From positions 1 through 55,778 of the forward strand of contig JAURDB010000001.1 of NCBI GenBank assembly GCA_030828175.1: DNA of 55,778 nt. Reading direction: 5' to 3'. The position numbers and the translations under genes were made by a program. Numbering within the stretch: position 1 is the first letter of the stretch; each line of letters starts with the position of its first letter. Shown here one piece after another: positions 33,027-42,254 of this stretch. Origin of the DNA: Flavobacteriales bacterium (lineage in GTDB: Bacteria > Bacteroidota > Bacteroidia > Flavobacteriales_D > Sanyastnellaceae). The notes beneath the pieces were generated by a model that made no database searches, had not been told where the DNA came from, and was given only the letters and a program-made list of their open reading frames with translations.

Positions 33027-33722
33027 ATGAGCCGTGTTTCTACCTGCCTCCTTGCATTCTCTTTTGCATCCATCGTTCCTCAATTTGGCGTCAACTCCGC
33101 AGCACTTGCGCAATGTGACTCTCTGGACTTCAATCTTCTGTGTGAAGATGGCGCGCTGGTCAACGATGCCATTTTCGCTTGTGGTTTCGATTGCATTTTC
33201 GCCGGAGACCTGAGCGCATGCTTCTCCAATTGCATCTCTGCCGCCATCCCTACGATGAGCACGGGTTGCGTGGGATGCTTTGCAGAGCAGAGCACCTGTG
33301 CCCAGGACAATTGCTTTTTCGTTTGTGGTTTCGGGAGTGCTGCGGATTGTGAAGCGTGCATCCTGGCGAATTGTCAATCCCAATTCGAAGATTGTGCGGG
33401 CATCGTGGACATGGATGGAGATGGAGAGAGCGTCATTTGTGATTGCGACGACAGCGAATCGAGCGTTTTCCCGGGCGCCCCTGCGACAGCCTCCGGTTTG
33501 GACAACAATTGCGACGGCATCATCAGCCTCGAGGAAATCCTCTGCGCGATCAACCTGAACCTGGACCTGAATGAGGACCTGTTCATCACGGTGGCAGATG
33601 TCTTGTTGGTCCTGGCCGACTTCGGATGTTTGGTCGGCTGCGGGTCCGATGTCAATGGGGATGGGGCAGTCACAGTAAGCGATGTACTGGAGCTGCTCGG
33701 CGGCTTCGGTGAAGGCTGTTGA
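33027..33722 (+). CDS. Small secreted cysteine-rich protein with MopE-like metal-binding motif and double dockerin-like tail
   Basis: 231 aa. The signal peptide is MSRVSTCLLAFSFASIVPQFGVNSAALAQ. A ~110-aa segment is packed with Cys. The motif CDCDDSESSVFPGAPATASGLDNNCDG matches my recollection of the 'putative metal-binding (MopE) motif' DCDDxxxxxxPGAxExxxGxDNNCDG. The protein ends ...ADVLLVLADFGCLVGCGSDVNGDGAVTVSDVLELLGGFGEGC. Confidence 0.7.
   Translation: MSRVSTCLLAFSFASIVPQFGVNSAALAQCDSLDFNLLCEDGALVNDAIFACGFDCIFAGDLSACFSNCISAAIPTMSTGCVGCFAEQSTCAQDNCFFVCGFGSAADCEACILANCQSQFEDCAGIVDMDGDGESVICDCDDSESSVFPGAPATASGLDNNCDGIISLEEILCAINLNLDLNEDLFITVADVLLVLADFGCLVGCGSDVNGDGAVTVSDVLELLGGFGEGC
33540..33719 (+). 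other. Cysteine-framed dockerin-like C-terminal tail (first half degenerate)
   Basis: The sequence is ILCAINLNLDLNEDLFITVADVLLVLADFGCLVGCGSDVNGDGAVTVSDVLELLGGFGEGC. Confidence 0.6.
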
Positions 33723-33728
33723 GCCGGG

Positions 33729-34898
33729 TCACGAAAAGAATCCCCGGCCTTCTGCCGCCCGAGATCTGAGCAGCGGACTGCATCTGTAGCGGTCTTCTCC
33801 GTAGTGCGATCGCATGCGGTCGAGGGTCTCCACGCATCTGTCCAAGCCCACTTCCTCCGCCCATGCCAGCAGACCTTTCGGGTAATTGACTCCGCCTTGC
33901 ATGGCGCGGTCCACATCTTCGGCAGAGGCCACTCCCCAGAAAACGGCATCCGCAGCCTCGTTGATCAACATGACGAGGATCCGCCAGAGGATATCCTGTC
34001 CCAGGTCCTTGTCCATCCGGGGTTTCGGAGCGGGCACACCTTCTCCGTATGAATACCAGCCACGACCGGATTTCTTTCCGAGCCACCCAGCGTCCACATT
34101 TCTCTTTTGGGCAAAGGAGGGTTGATATCGGGAATCGAAATGGAACGCGGTCCAAACGCTTTCGGTCACGGCGTAATTGATGTCATTTCCAATGAGGTCC
34201 ATCAAGGTGAAAGGACCCATCCGAAAACCACCCAGGTCCGTCATGGCCCAATCGATGGTGGCTTCATCGGCCAGGCCTTCTTCGAGCATCCGAATGGCTT
34301 CACCATAGAAGGGCCGGGCAACGCGGTTCACAATGAATCCAGGCGTGTCCTTTGCCAATGCCGGGCGCTTGCCCCATTGCCGCATGAGGACCATCATTTC
34401 GTCTCCCAGGCCATTCCGCGCCTGCAAGCCGGGGATGACTTCGACCAAAGGAAGGAGCGGGGCGGGGTTGAAGAAGTGGAGACCGATGAAACGCTCGGGG
34501 TGCTTCAAGCCAGCAGCCAAAGCCGTGATGGACAGAGAAGATGTATTGGAAGCGATGACCGCATCCGAAGCGAGCACACTTTCCAAAGAGGCAAAGAGTG
34601 TCCTTTTGATGTTCACGTCCTCGACGATGGCTTCCACCACCAGGTCGCAAGGGGACAAATCGCCCACTTCAGTAGTGACGCTGATCCTGCGAAGAAGTGT
34701 ATCGGCGTCTTCCCTTGAAATGCGCCCTTTGGCTACGGCACGATCCTGGATGTGTCCCAGGAATGACAGGGCATTGTCGAGTTCATCGCGACCGCGGTCC
34801 AAGACAAACACCCTGTGGCCCGCAGTTGCAGCTACCTGGGCGATGCCACGACCCATGGTGCCAGCGCCAATCACCCCAACAGTCAAATGATCTTCCAT
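33729..34898 (-). CDS. 3-hydroxyacyl-CoA / 3-hydroxybutyryl-CoA dehydrogenase (with duplicated C-terminal domain)
   Basis: The ORF is 33729..34937. The start is at 34898 (MEDHLTVGVIGAGTMGRGIAQ, a Rossmann GxGxxG motif). The motif HFFNPAPLLPLVEVI is typical of the 3HCDH family. Confidence 0.9.
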   Translation of the reverse strand: MEDHLTVGVIGAGTMGRGIAQVAATAGHRVFVLDRGRDELDNALSFLGHIQDRAVAKGRISREDADTLLRRISVTTEVGDLSPCDLVVEAIVEDVNIKRTLFASLESVLASDAVIASNTSSLSITALAAGLKHPERFIGLHFFNPAPLLPLVEVIPGLQARNGLGDEMMVLMRQWGKRPALAKDTPGFIVNRVARPFYGEAIRMLEEGLADEATIDWAMTDLGGFRMGPFTLMDLIGNDINYAVTESVWTAFHFDSRYQPSFAQKRNVDAGWLGKKSGRGWYSYGEGVPAPKPRMDKDLGQDILWRILVMLINEAADAVFWGVASAEDVDRAMQGGVNYPKGLLAWAEEVGLDRCVETLDRMRSHYGEDRYRCSPLLRSRAAEGRGFFS

Positions 34899-34998
34899 AA
34901 CGCTGACAAAGGAAAGGTCAACACCGGCGAATGCCACATCCTGCCCCGCTGGAATTACCTACATCCCTGCACCACATTGCGTTAGATCTGCTGTTTGA

Positions 34999-35448
34999 AT
35001 GACCAAATGTTTGACTTGCCGCGGACGTTTGCCGCTCCAAGCGTCCGCCACATATTCCGGGGATTTCTGCTCCGAATTCTGCTTCTCTACCTATCCGGAC
35101 AACATCCGAAAACTGATGTCGGATGGAAGGGCATCTTACCAACGGGAAGCGCCTCCCCGCGCCACTGTGGACCGCATCTTGGAGAGGAACCAGCACATTT
35201 TGAGGGCATTTGGACGCTGGAGGAGCCAAGCGCCGGTCATGGGGGACATCGGCGCACTGGAGTGGATGCGGGAAAAGGGATTTGATTTTGAATACCACAC
35301 CCGGGTGTCCCGAAGGGGAGATGGCACCACCGAGGTATGGTGCTACGAAGTGGGGTACCGGCTGGAAACGGACGGCAGGGTAGAGCCGCTTCCTGCGCCA
35401 TCAGGAAGGCCGTCTTCTGGACCTTCGCTTGCGGCCCGAAGAACTTGA
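34999..35448 (+). CDS. Hypothetical protein with N-terminal CxxC...CxxxC zinc-ribbon-like motif
   Basis: 149 aa, beginning MTKCLTCRGRL...FCSEFC. The 3' end overlaps the convergent helicase gene by 48 nt. I recognise no family. Confidence 0.4.
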   Translation: MTKCLTCRGRLPLQASATYSGDFCSEFCFSTYPDNIRKLMSDGRASYQREAPPRATVDRILERNQHILRAFGRWRSQAPVMGDIGALEWMREKGFDFEYHTRVSRRGDGTTEVWCYEVGYRLETDGRVEPLPAPSGRPSSGPSLAARRT

Positions 35449-36693
35449 ACCCGGCTTGCGCTTCTTTTCGTGAAAAGCACCCTTGAAAGTAGGGTCGGCC
35501 TTTCTCTTTTCGCGATCAATGACCCGCGCCATGGCCTGCATTTCCCACTTGGGCGTAGGAACTTCGCCAACACCCTCCGGGAAATCCAAGAAGTTCAACG
35601 GGCGCCCCAACAGCCCTTCGACCCTTTGCAGCGCAGCCTTCTCACTTGGGTCAACCAAGGTGATGGCGCTTCCCGGACGTTGGGCCCTTCCCGTCCTTCC
35701 AATCCGGTGTATGTAGTCGTGGGGGTCCCGTGGCACCGTGACATTGACCACGAGGTCCAACTGCGGCACATCGATTCCTCTGCTGGCCACATCGGTTGCG
35801 ACGAGAAAACGCAATTCACCGGACTTGAATGCCTCCATGGCATTGATTCGGCTGTTCTGTCCCTTGTTCGCATGCAGCGTCCGGACGGATGTGCTCAGTT
35901 CTTCAGCGAGCTGCTTCCCGATTCTTTCGGCCTGGTCCTTCTCTCGCACAAACAACAGCGCTTGTTTTGGAGCATCGGGCCGGGAGAGGAGATGCACCAA
36001 CAAATTGAGCTTGGTGCCAAAATTGGGTGAGCGATAACCGGACTGTTCGATCGTGGAAACGGGCGTGGATTCGGGCGCTGCCTCCACACGGGTGGGCCAA
36101 AGCAGGAATTCACCTGCCATTTCTTCTGTTTTCGGGGGGTAAGTCGCTGAGAACAAAAGGTTTTGTCGGTTGCTGGGCAGGATCTCCAGCAAACGGCGCA
36201 GTTGCGGCATGAAGCCCAAGTCCATCATCCGGTCAGCCTCATCCAAAACAAGATGACTCAGCTCCTTGGTGTTGAAGGCATGCCGCAAGTACAACTCCAT
36301 GAAGCGCCCGGGCGTGGCCACTACTAGATCGCATCCTGCCTGCATCCTCTCCTGTTGCGCCCTGTGTCCTACACCTCCGTATACAACCTGTACCCTCAAG
36401 TCGGTTCGGCTGGCCAAACGTCCCGCCACATCCGCAATCTGCAGTGCGAGTTCCTTGGAAGGGGTCAGAACCACGCACCGAGGACCTTGGCCCTGGGCAT
36501 GTGAGAGCATGGCCATGACAGGCAACAGAAAGGCCAATGTCTTGCCGGTGCCGGTTTGTGCAATCCCGATCACGTCTTGTCCGGCTCGAATTCTGGGTAT
36601 GGCCTTGCACTGGATGTCAGTGGGCTCCGTAATGCCCATCTCCTCCAATATTTCAAGGTATTGCCTGGTGACCTTCAGATCGGCAAACGTCAT
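35401..36693 (-). CDS. DEAD-box ATP-dependent RNA helicase (RhlE-like)
   Basis: 430 aa. It carries a Q-motif region, AQTGTGKT (Walker A), DEAD (VLDEADRM), SAT, HRIGRTGR, and a basic C-terminal tail. Confidence 0.92.
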   Translation of the reverse strand: MTFADLKVTRQYLEILEEMGITEPTDIQCKAIPRIRAGQDVIGIAQTGTGKTLAFLLPVMAMLSHAQGQGPRCVVLTPSKELALQIADVAGRLASRTDLRVQVVYGGVGHRAQQERMQAGCDLVVATPGRFMELYLRHAFNTKELSHLVLDEADRMMDLGFMPQLRRLLEILPSNRQNLLFSATYPPKTEEMAGEFLLWPTRVEAAPESTPVSTIEQSGYRSPNFGTKLNLLVHLLSRPDAPKQALLFVREKDQAERIGKQLAEELSTSVRTLHANKGQNSRINAMEAFKSGELRFLVATDVASRGIDVPQLDLVVNVTVPRDPHDYIHRIGRTGRAQRPGSAITLVDPSEKAALQRVEGLLGRPLNFLDFPEGVGEVPTPKWEMQAMARVIDREKRKADPTFKGAFHEKKRKPGSSSSGRKRRSRRRPS

Positions 36694-36749
36694 GGTGCAA
36701 GATTAACCCATGCAAATGTTGCAGCAACGTTTCGTCATCATGCTTTCCT

Positions 36750-37781
36750 TTGCGGCAAGGAATGAGAACAACACCTGACTTCTCGATAGACCACGAACAA
36801 CTTTCTCCCGTTCGGAAATTTCTGGACAAGAGGGGCCTCGATTTGCCACCCATTCCAGTGGACATGCAAGAGGACTGGAGCCTTCCCTTCATGCGCTGGG
36901 TGGTGGATCACACCACGGATGGAATGGAATGCCGCCTCCAACAGGATGACCATCCCGGCATCGTGATCGGAACCCACAGGGACATTGTCTGCGACCCCGC
37001 CCTGTACAATTTGGCCCGGGTAGAGGCGGGCAGACCCACCACCCACATCGTTCTCGGTAGCAATCTGGCCCGTCAGGATTGGGTTCGGCGCATCATGGAA
37101 GCCAACAAGGCTTTGTTCATCGACCGATCATTGACTGGAAAAGCTGCGCTGAAACAGCAAATCAGGTTGAGCAAAGAGGTGGCATCGATTGTCCGCAATG
37201 GAGGGCACGTCTGGATTGCACAGGCGCCAGGAAGGGCCAAAAACGGTTGGGATGAAACCCATTCGGGTTTGCTGAGAATGCTTGCGCTGGACTGGGGCGG
37301 TGAAGAAATAGGGCCGGCGGCACTGGATGGCCTCTTGCGCCCATTGGCCATTCGCTATGCCTACAACCCTTGTGACGGACTCCTGATTGAGGAGAAAATC
37401 AGGGGGAGCAAAAAGGAGCAAGATGATGAGAGGAGCATGCTGATGGGTCTCGAGGGATGGAAGGGGAAAATCAGAATGTCAGAAGGACAGGCGATTTCCA
37501 CGGAACACATGGACAAGGAGGCAGGTTGGAATGGGCTGGCCAAGGAAATCGACCGTCAGATGGATCGGTTGGTGGAATTCAGTTCTTGGGCAGTTGCAGC
37601 GCGGTCCGCCCTCCATGAGGCAGGAACAGCGTCCCTGCCCATGGGCATGCAAGAGCGGGCGCGCAGCCTCCAGGAGGCGCATCAGGACACATTGGGTACA
37701 TTATCGGAAGACAGCCTGTTCCGCCACATGTGCGAGGTTTACCGCGAAGGGAGCAGGCAAGGGTTGGTCACTTCGGATTGA
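36750..37781 (+). CDS. PlsC-like acyltransferase family protein (function uncertain)
   Basis: 343 aa. GTHRDIVCDPAL resembles the H(x)4-5D acyltransferase catalytic block, and WIAQAPGRAKNG resembles block III. The assignment rests on motifs only. Confidence 0.55.
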   Translation: MRQGMRTTPDFSIDHEQLSPVRKFLDKRGLDLPPIPVDMQEDWSLPFMRWVVDHTTDGMECRLQQDDHPGIVIGTHRDIVCDPALYNLARVEAGRPTTHIVLGSNLARQDWVRRIMEANKALFIDRSLTGKAALKQQIRLSKEVASIVRNGGHVWIAQAPGRAKNGWDETHSGLLRMLALDWGGEEIGPAALDGLLRPLAIRYAYNPCDGLLIEEKIRGSKKEQDDERSMLMGLEGWKGKIRMSEGQAISTEHMDKEAGWNGLAKEIDRQMDRLVEFSSWAVAARSALHEAGTASLPMGMQERARSLQEAHQDTLGTLSEDSLFRHMCEVYREGSRQGLVTSD

Positions 37782-38532
37782 ACCTTCCCAAACCGTCGTG
37801 GGCGGCCATGACAATCCCGGCTGCCATTGCTGCGTTCAAAGACTCGGATTGACCCTTTCCCGGGATGGTGATGAATTCAGAGCACAATGGACGCACCGCG
37901 GAAGAAATTCCATGGCTCTCACTGCCTATGACAGCCACTGTCGGCACATCATCATCAGACTCTTCCTCCCACACGGATTTTCCCGACAGGTCCAGTCCAA
38001 GGATGCGACACCCTGAAGATGCCGCATTTTCGAGAACATCGGGAAGATCCACCACCCAAGCCCCTACCCGAAAAATGGCACCCATGGTGGCTTGTACCAC
38101 TTTGGGATTGAATGGGTCTACCGAATCACCAGAGATCCAAACGCCAGAAAGTCCGAACCAATCGGCCGTGCGAAGAATGGTTCCCAGGTTTCCTGGGTCG
38201 GCAATGCCATCCAGTGCCAGGCTGAAAGGTGGCCATTCCTCTCGTTCCGCAGGAGGTGAAGCAGAAGCGTCGGGCATCTCCATGACGGCCATGATGCCGG
38301 GCGGCGTTCTCAAAGAGCTCATCCTGGCCATGTCCTTGGCAGAGACGCATTCCGGATTCCAATCCGCTTCTACCGACACCCGGGATTCTGCGTATACGGC
38401 ACAGACTTTCCAACCACTGGACATCGCCTCAGCGACTCCTTTGTGTCCCTCTACGACGAATTTCCGCTCTTCCCAGCGTGTTTTTCTGTCACGCAGGGTC
38501 CGCACGACCATAATCTCGTTCTTCGTAGGCAT
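37768..38532 (-). CDS. TrmH/SpoU-family RNA 2'-O-methyltransferase
   Basis: The ORF is 37768..38805. The family-typical length favours a start at 38532 (MPTKNEIMVVRTLRDRK...), with alternatives at 38511 and 38586. SpoU motifs are present: DPGNLGTILRTADWFG, VIGSESHGIS and IPGKGQSESLNAAMAAGI. Confidence 0.75.
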   Translation of the reverse strand: MPTKNEIMVVRTLRDRKTRWEERKFVVEGHKGVAEAMSSGWKVCAVYAESRVSVEADWNPECVSAKDMARMSSLRTPPGIMAVMEMPDASASPPAEREEWPPFSLALDGIADPGNLGTILRTADWFGLSGVWISGDSVDPFNPKVVQATMGAIFRVGAWVVDLPDVLENAASSGCRILGLDLSGKSVWEEESDDDVPTVAVIGSESHGISSAVRPLCSEFITIPGKGQSESLNAAMAAGIVMAAHDGLGRFNPK

Positions 38533-40834
38533 GTTTCCCGGTGTCTGGACAAGTGCAAGATGGGCCTTGATGGCCGCTCTGACCATGGGGGCGTCCATTC
38601 CTCTTTTCGCAGCAAATCTTGCCAAAGGGGATTCAACCGATTTCACTCCTTTGGTGTGGGAAGTTGATTGGGCATGGGAGAATGGCACCGACGGGGATGG
38701 TCTCTCCTTGCAGGAATTGAAGGACAGGCTTTCTGGAGGCCTCGTCTTGAGGCCCCCGGAACGATGGCTTGGCATCCCTTTCAGACATGATTGGTCGCGC
38801 CTCAACGGCCGCTGGATACGGGCGTTGAAGGATGGTCAACCCGTGCCTACCGGGACGGCCAACGTTTTCGACGGTCTGGCCATGGAACGAAGTGCTGCCC
38901 TCATGAGGTCCAGAATGATCCGCGCCGGATATCTGGAGAGCCGGCTTCGGTTGGATACCGCTAGCATACGCCCCGGCAAATTGAGGTTGGATGTCATTCT
39001 TTCACCGGGCCCACGGTATTTCTGTGCCTCCACCCGGGTGCAATGCGAAAAAAGCGGATTGGACCCGGGAGAGGTCGAGCGCCTTGCCCAGGCGTGGAGC
39101 CAATGGGAAGGAAAGCCCCTCGACCTGAATGACCTGGAAGAGGAGCGGGAACGAATTGCGAGGGACTTTGCGCAACGCGGGTGGTTCGGGTTGATCTCCG
39201 ATTTCATCAGCATTGCGGTTGACACAAGTGACAGCCAAACAACGCACGGCGTTCATCTGGTCCTCGAAGTGGCCCCCATCATCCAGTCCGGCGACACCCT
39301 GCCGCACCGAAAAGCATACCTGGACAGCATCAGTTTCCATTGGCACCCCAAAGACGGCGATTTCATGAAGAAATGGCAGGAGAAAGGAGTGTGGTGGCGG
39401 ATGCCGGAAAACCGAACCGTGATAGGCTTGGCACACCGGCTGCATCTGGAGACGGGCAAGCTGTACAACCCCCTTGACATCTCTTCGGCAAGGCAATCCA
39501 TCAGGATGTTCCCCCTCATCGAGGACGTAAGGGTTGACATCGCACCCCGCTTCGATAAGAAGTCCAGCGATTTGCCGTTGCATGTCCACTTCGACGCCTA
39601 CCCATCCGAAAGAAGGGTAATGAAGGTAAATGGCGCCTTGACCTCAAGACAAGGACTGGGAGGTGAAATGGCGGTTTCCTTGTCCGACCAGGATTTCAGG
39701 CAGCGCATGGAGCGTTTGGCGCTCGATGTATCCCTTGGCCGGGAGACCGTTGTTCCGTTCTATGCTACCGGAGACAGGGGGGGACAAAACCTGCTCAACT
39801 CCAGGGTGGTCAGCGCTGGAGTCACCTATTCGGCGCATCGACTCATACCCTTCGCTTCCGATCGCTTTCCTGAATCCAACCGTCCCGAAAGCAGCCTCAC
39901 CTTTTCGCTGCGCGATGAAAAGCGGGACGATTTCACAAGAACCTACGTGCAGCTCGGCCTGGTGGAAAGGTTCATCGAAAACCAGGAAACGGGCTCACAC
40001 GTCGAAATGCGGTTGTTTGAAGTGGCGGTGACCTCGAGCCAATTGTTCGATGAATTCCAGGAGGCTTTGGACAGCCTGGGCTCGGACATATTCGCATCTT
40101 CCTTTGAGCCTCGTGCCCTGTTGAGTTCTGGCATCCATTGGAAGCTGAGGCCTTCCAAGAACAGAACGAAAACGTGGATGTGGGCCATGGATGTGGGGTT
40201 CGAAGGCGCCGGAAACCTGTTCCATTTGCTGGATGCCAGGTCACCAGAAAGCACAACCGTGCCGCTCCCGAGTATTTTGGATGCCACACGCGAAGTGCAG
40301 GTAGCCCGATATACCCGATGGGTATTTGAGGGCAGGGGAGGCTGGACCCCAAATGGTCGAGATGGCATTTTTGCGCGCTTGACTGCAGGCGTGGCAGCAT
40401 CTTCCATCGATGGGGTTTCCGTCCCCTTGGAAAAGCAGTTCTATGTTGGAGGGCCCAATAGCATGAGGGGTTGGCAGGCCATGGGACTCGGGCCCGGGGG
40501 GACCGGGCAGGATGGCCTCCGGGGACGGGGGGACATTCGCTTGGAATTCAACCTGGAAGCCAGGAAATACGTCAACGAGTGGATACAGTTGGCGGCATTC
40601 TCAGATGCTGGGAATGTCTGGATGACCCGCCCAGAGACTGAGAGGCCCCATGTGGAATTCAACCGAGACCGTTTTCTCGAACAGGTGGGATGGGCAGCAG
40701 GGGCGGGTCTCCGGCTGGACTTTGGTTATTTCCTGGTGCGTTTTGATGCGGGCTACCCCCTGATTTCTCCCAGCGGAGAATTTCCCACCGGGAGACGTTG
40801 GCGGATTCATCCAGCCGTTTCATTGCCCTTTTGA
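38531..40834 (+). CDS. Omp85/BamA-TamA family outer-membrane protein (bacterial surface antigen D15 barrel)
   Basis: The ORF is 37865..40834, but its first ~220 codons are antisense to the TrmH gene. The proposed start is 38531 (MFPGVWTSARWALMAALTMGASIPLFAA signal-like). It has the barrel motif FYVGGPNSMRGW and a C-terminal ...AVSLPF. Confidence 0.72.
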   Translation: MFPGVWTSARWALMAALTMGASIPLFAANLAKGDSTDFTPLVWEVDWAWENGTDGDGLSLQELKDRLSGGLVLRPPERWLGIPFRHDWSRLNGRWIRALKDGQPVPTGTANVFDGLAMERSAALMRSRMIRAGYLESRLRLDTASIRPGKLRLDVILSPGPRYFCASTRVQCEKSGLDPGEVERLAQAWSQWEGKPLDLNDLEEERERIARDFAQRGWFGLISDFISIAVDTSDSQTTHGVHLVLEVAPIIQSGDTLPHRKAYLDSISFHWHPKDGDFMKKWQEKGVWWRMPENRTVIGLAHRLHLETGKLYNPLDISSARQSIRMFPLIEDVRVDIAPRFDKKSSDLPLHVHFDAYPSERRVMKVNGALTSRQGLGGEMAVSLSDQDFRQRMERLALDVSLGRETVVPFYATGDRGGQNLLNSRVVSAGVTYSAHRLIPFASDRFPESNRPESSLTFSLRDEKRDDFTRTYVQLGLVERFIENQETGSHVEMRLFEVAVTSSQLFDEFQEALDSLGSDIFASSFEPRALLSSGIHWKLRPSKNRTKTWMWAMDVGFEGAGNLFHLLDARSPESTTVPLPSILDATREVQVARYTRWVFEGRGGWTPNGRDGIFARLTAGVAASSIDGVSVPLEKQFYVGGPNSMRGWQAMGLGPGGTGQDGLRGRGDIRLEFNLEARKYVNEWIQLAAFSDAGNVWMTRPETERPHVEFNRDRFLEQVGWAAGAGLRLDFGYFLVRFDAGYPLISPSGEFPTGRRWRIHPAVSLPF

Positions 40835-40856
40835 ACCTTCCTAAATTTGCCCGTTC

Positions 40857-41768
40857 ATGACTGCAGAAAATCAACAGCGGGATTCCCAGGCTGCCGACGC
40901 CGAGAATGGAGGAGGCAACGGGCTGGGCTGGTTCCGCCGGATGAAGGAAGGCATCACCACGAAGACGGCGGAGAAGAAGGAAATCCCAGAAGGGAATTGG
41001 TACAAGTGTCCCTCGTGCAAAACCGTCATTGCCAGTGCAGAGCACGAAGCCAAACTCTGGGTTTGCGGCCATTGTGACCACCACGAGCGCATCGGTTCCG
41101 AGCAGTACTTCGGCTTGCTCTTTGATGATGGCAAATTCCGCGAGTTGCAAGCCAAGATGACTTCGGCCAATCCTTTGGGGTTCAAGGACACGAAGGATTA
41201 CGAGGACCGCTTGGCTTCTTCCATGGAAAAGACGGGGCTGAAGGACGCCATCCGCACAGGGGTAGGGGAAGTCAACGGACGCTCCATGGTGATCAGCAGC
41301 ATGGACTTCGGATTCATCGGGGGTTCCATGGGTTCGGTGGTGGGAGAGAAGATCTCCAGGGCAGTGGATTACGCCATCAAGAACGGATTGCCCTACGTGT
41401 GCATCACAAAGTCAGGAGGAGCAAGGATGATGGAAGCCGGACTTTCATTGATGCAGATGGCCAAGACCAGTGCCAAATTGAGTCTCCTGGCCAAAGCAGG
41501 CCTGCCTTACATCTGCATCCTCACCGATCCCACTACCGGAGGGGTCACCGCATCCTTTGCCATGTTGGGTGACCTGCATTTGGCAGAGCCGAATGCCTTG
41601 ATTGGATTCGCCGGCCCCCGCGTGGTCAGAGAGACCATTGGCAAGGATTTGCCTCCAGGATTCCAGAAGTCGGAATTCCTCTTGGAACACGGCTTCGTCG
41701 ATCGGATCGTGCACCGGAGCAAACTGAGAGAAGAGCTTTCAGAGCTGGCGGGCATGCTGATGGATTGA
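40857..41768 (+). CDS. accD: Acetyl-CoA carboxylase carboxyltransferase beta subunit
   Basis: 303 aa. It has a Zn-ribbon ([26 protein letters not shown]) and a carboxyltransferase body ([15 protein letters not shown]). Confidence 0.9.
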   Translation: MTAENQQRDSQAADAENGGGNGLGWFRRMKEGITTKTAEKKEIPEGNWYKCPSCKTVIASAEHEAKLWVCGHCDHHERIGSEQYFGLLFDDGKFRELQAKMTSANPLGFKDTKDYEDRLASSMEKTGLKDAIRTGVGEVNGRSMVISSMDFGFIGGSMGSVVGEKISRAVDYAIKNGLPYVCITKSGGARMMEAGLSLMQMAKTSAKLSLLAKAGLPYICILTDPTTGGVTASFAMLGDLHLAEPNALIGFAGPRVVRETIGKDLPPGFQKSEFLLEHGFVDRIVHRSKLREELSELAGMLMD

Positions 41769-41785
41769 ATGAAGGGGCGAACACC

Positions 41786-41816
41786 TTTGCCAATCAGCGG
41801 ACACTCACTACTTTTG
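41786..41816 (+). promoter_or_regulatory. Bacteroidota-type promoter (-33 TTTG / -7 TAnnTTTG) upstream of rpsO
   Basis: TTTG lies at 41786-41789 and TACTTTTG at 41809-41816, with a 19-nt spacer. The -7 box ends 47 nt upstream of ATG 41864. Confidence 0.45.
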
Positions 41817-41863
41817 CACCCCTGAAAATCAGGTCGCATCAAGAACATCCAAGAGATTTCCAC

Positions 41864-42133
41864 ATGTACCTCACACCCGAAAAAAAGCAGGAGTTCTTTG
41901 CCAAGTATGGCAAGAGCGCCGAAGATACCGGCAGCGCTGAAGGCCAGATTGCCATGTTCTCCTTTCGCATCTCCCACCTGACGGAGCACCTCAAGAAGAA
42001 CCGCAAGGATGCCAACACCCAGCGTTCGCTGATCACACTCGTCGGCAAGCGCCGTCGTTTGCTTGATTACCTCAAGCGCAAGGACATTACGCGTTACCGC
42101 GCCATCGTCAAGGATCTCGGCCTCCGCCGCTGA
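41864..42133 (+). CDS. rpsO: 30S ribosomal protein S15
   Basis: The ORF is 41765..42133. The start is at 41864, giving an 89-aa protein [49 protein letters not shown]... Confidence 0.95.
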   Translation: MYLTPEKKQEFFAKYGKSAEDTGSAEGQIAMFSFRISHLTEHLKKNRKDANTQRSLITLVGKRRRLLDYLKRKDITRYRAIVKDLGLRR

Positions 42134-42254
42134 TCCTTCACCGGCACGATACAGCCTCGTTGCGGCACGGGCCCCGGTCGCAACGTCCAACTCTGAACCT
42201 TCCACGGGGAAACGCCCCGGGGACTTTACGGGTGCCCGATTTGACAACTCCTTT

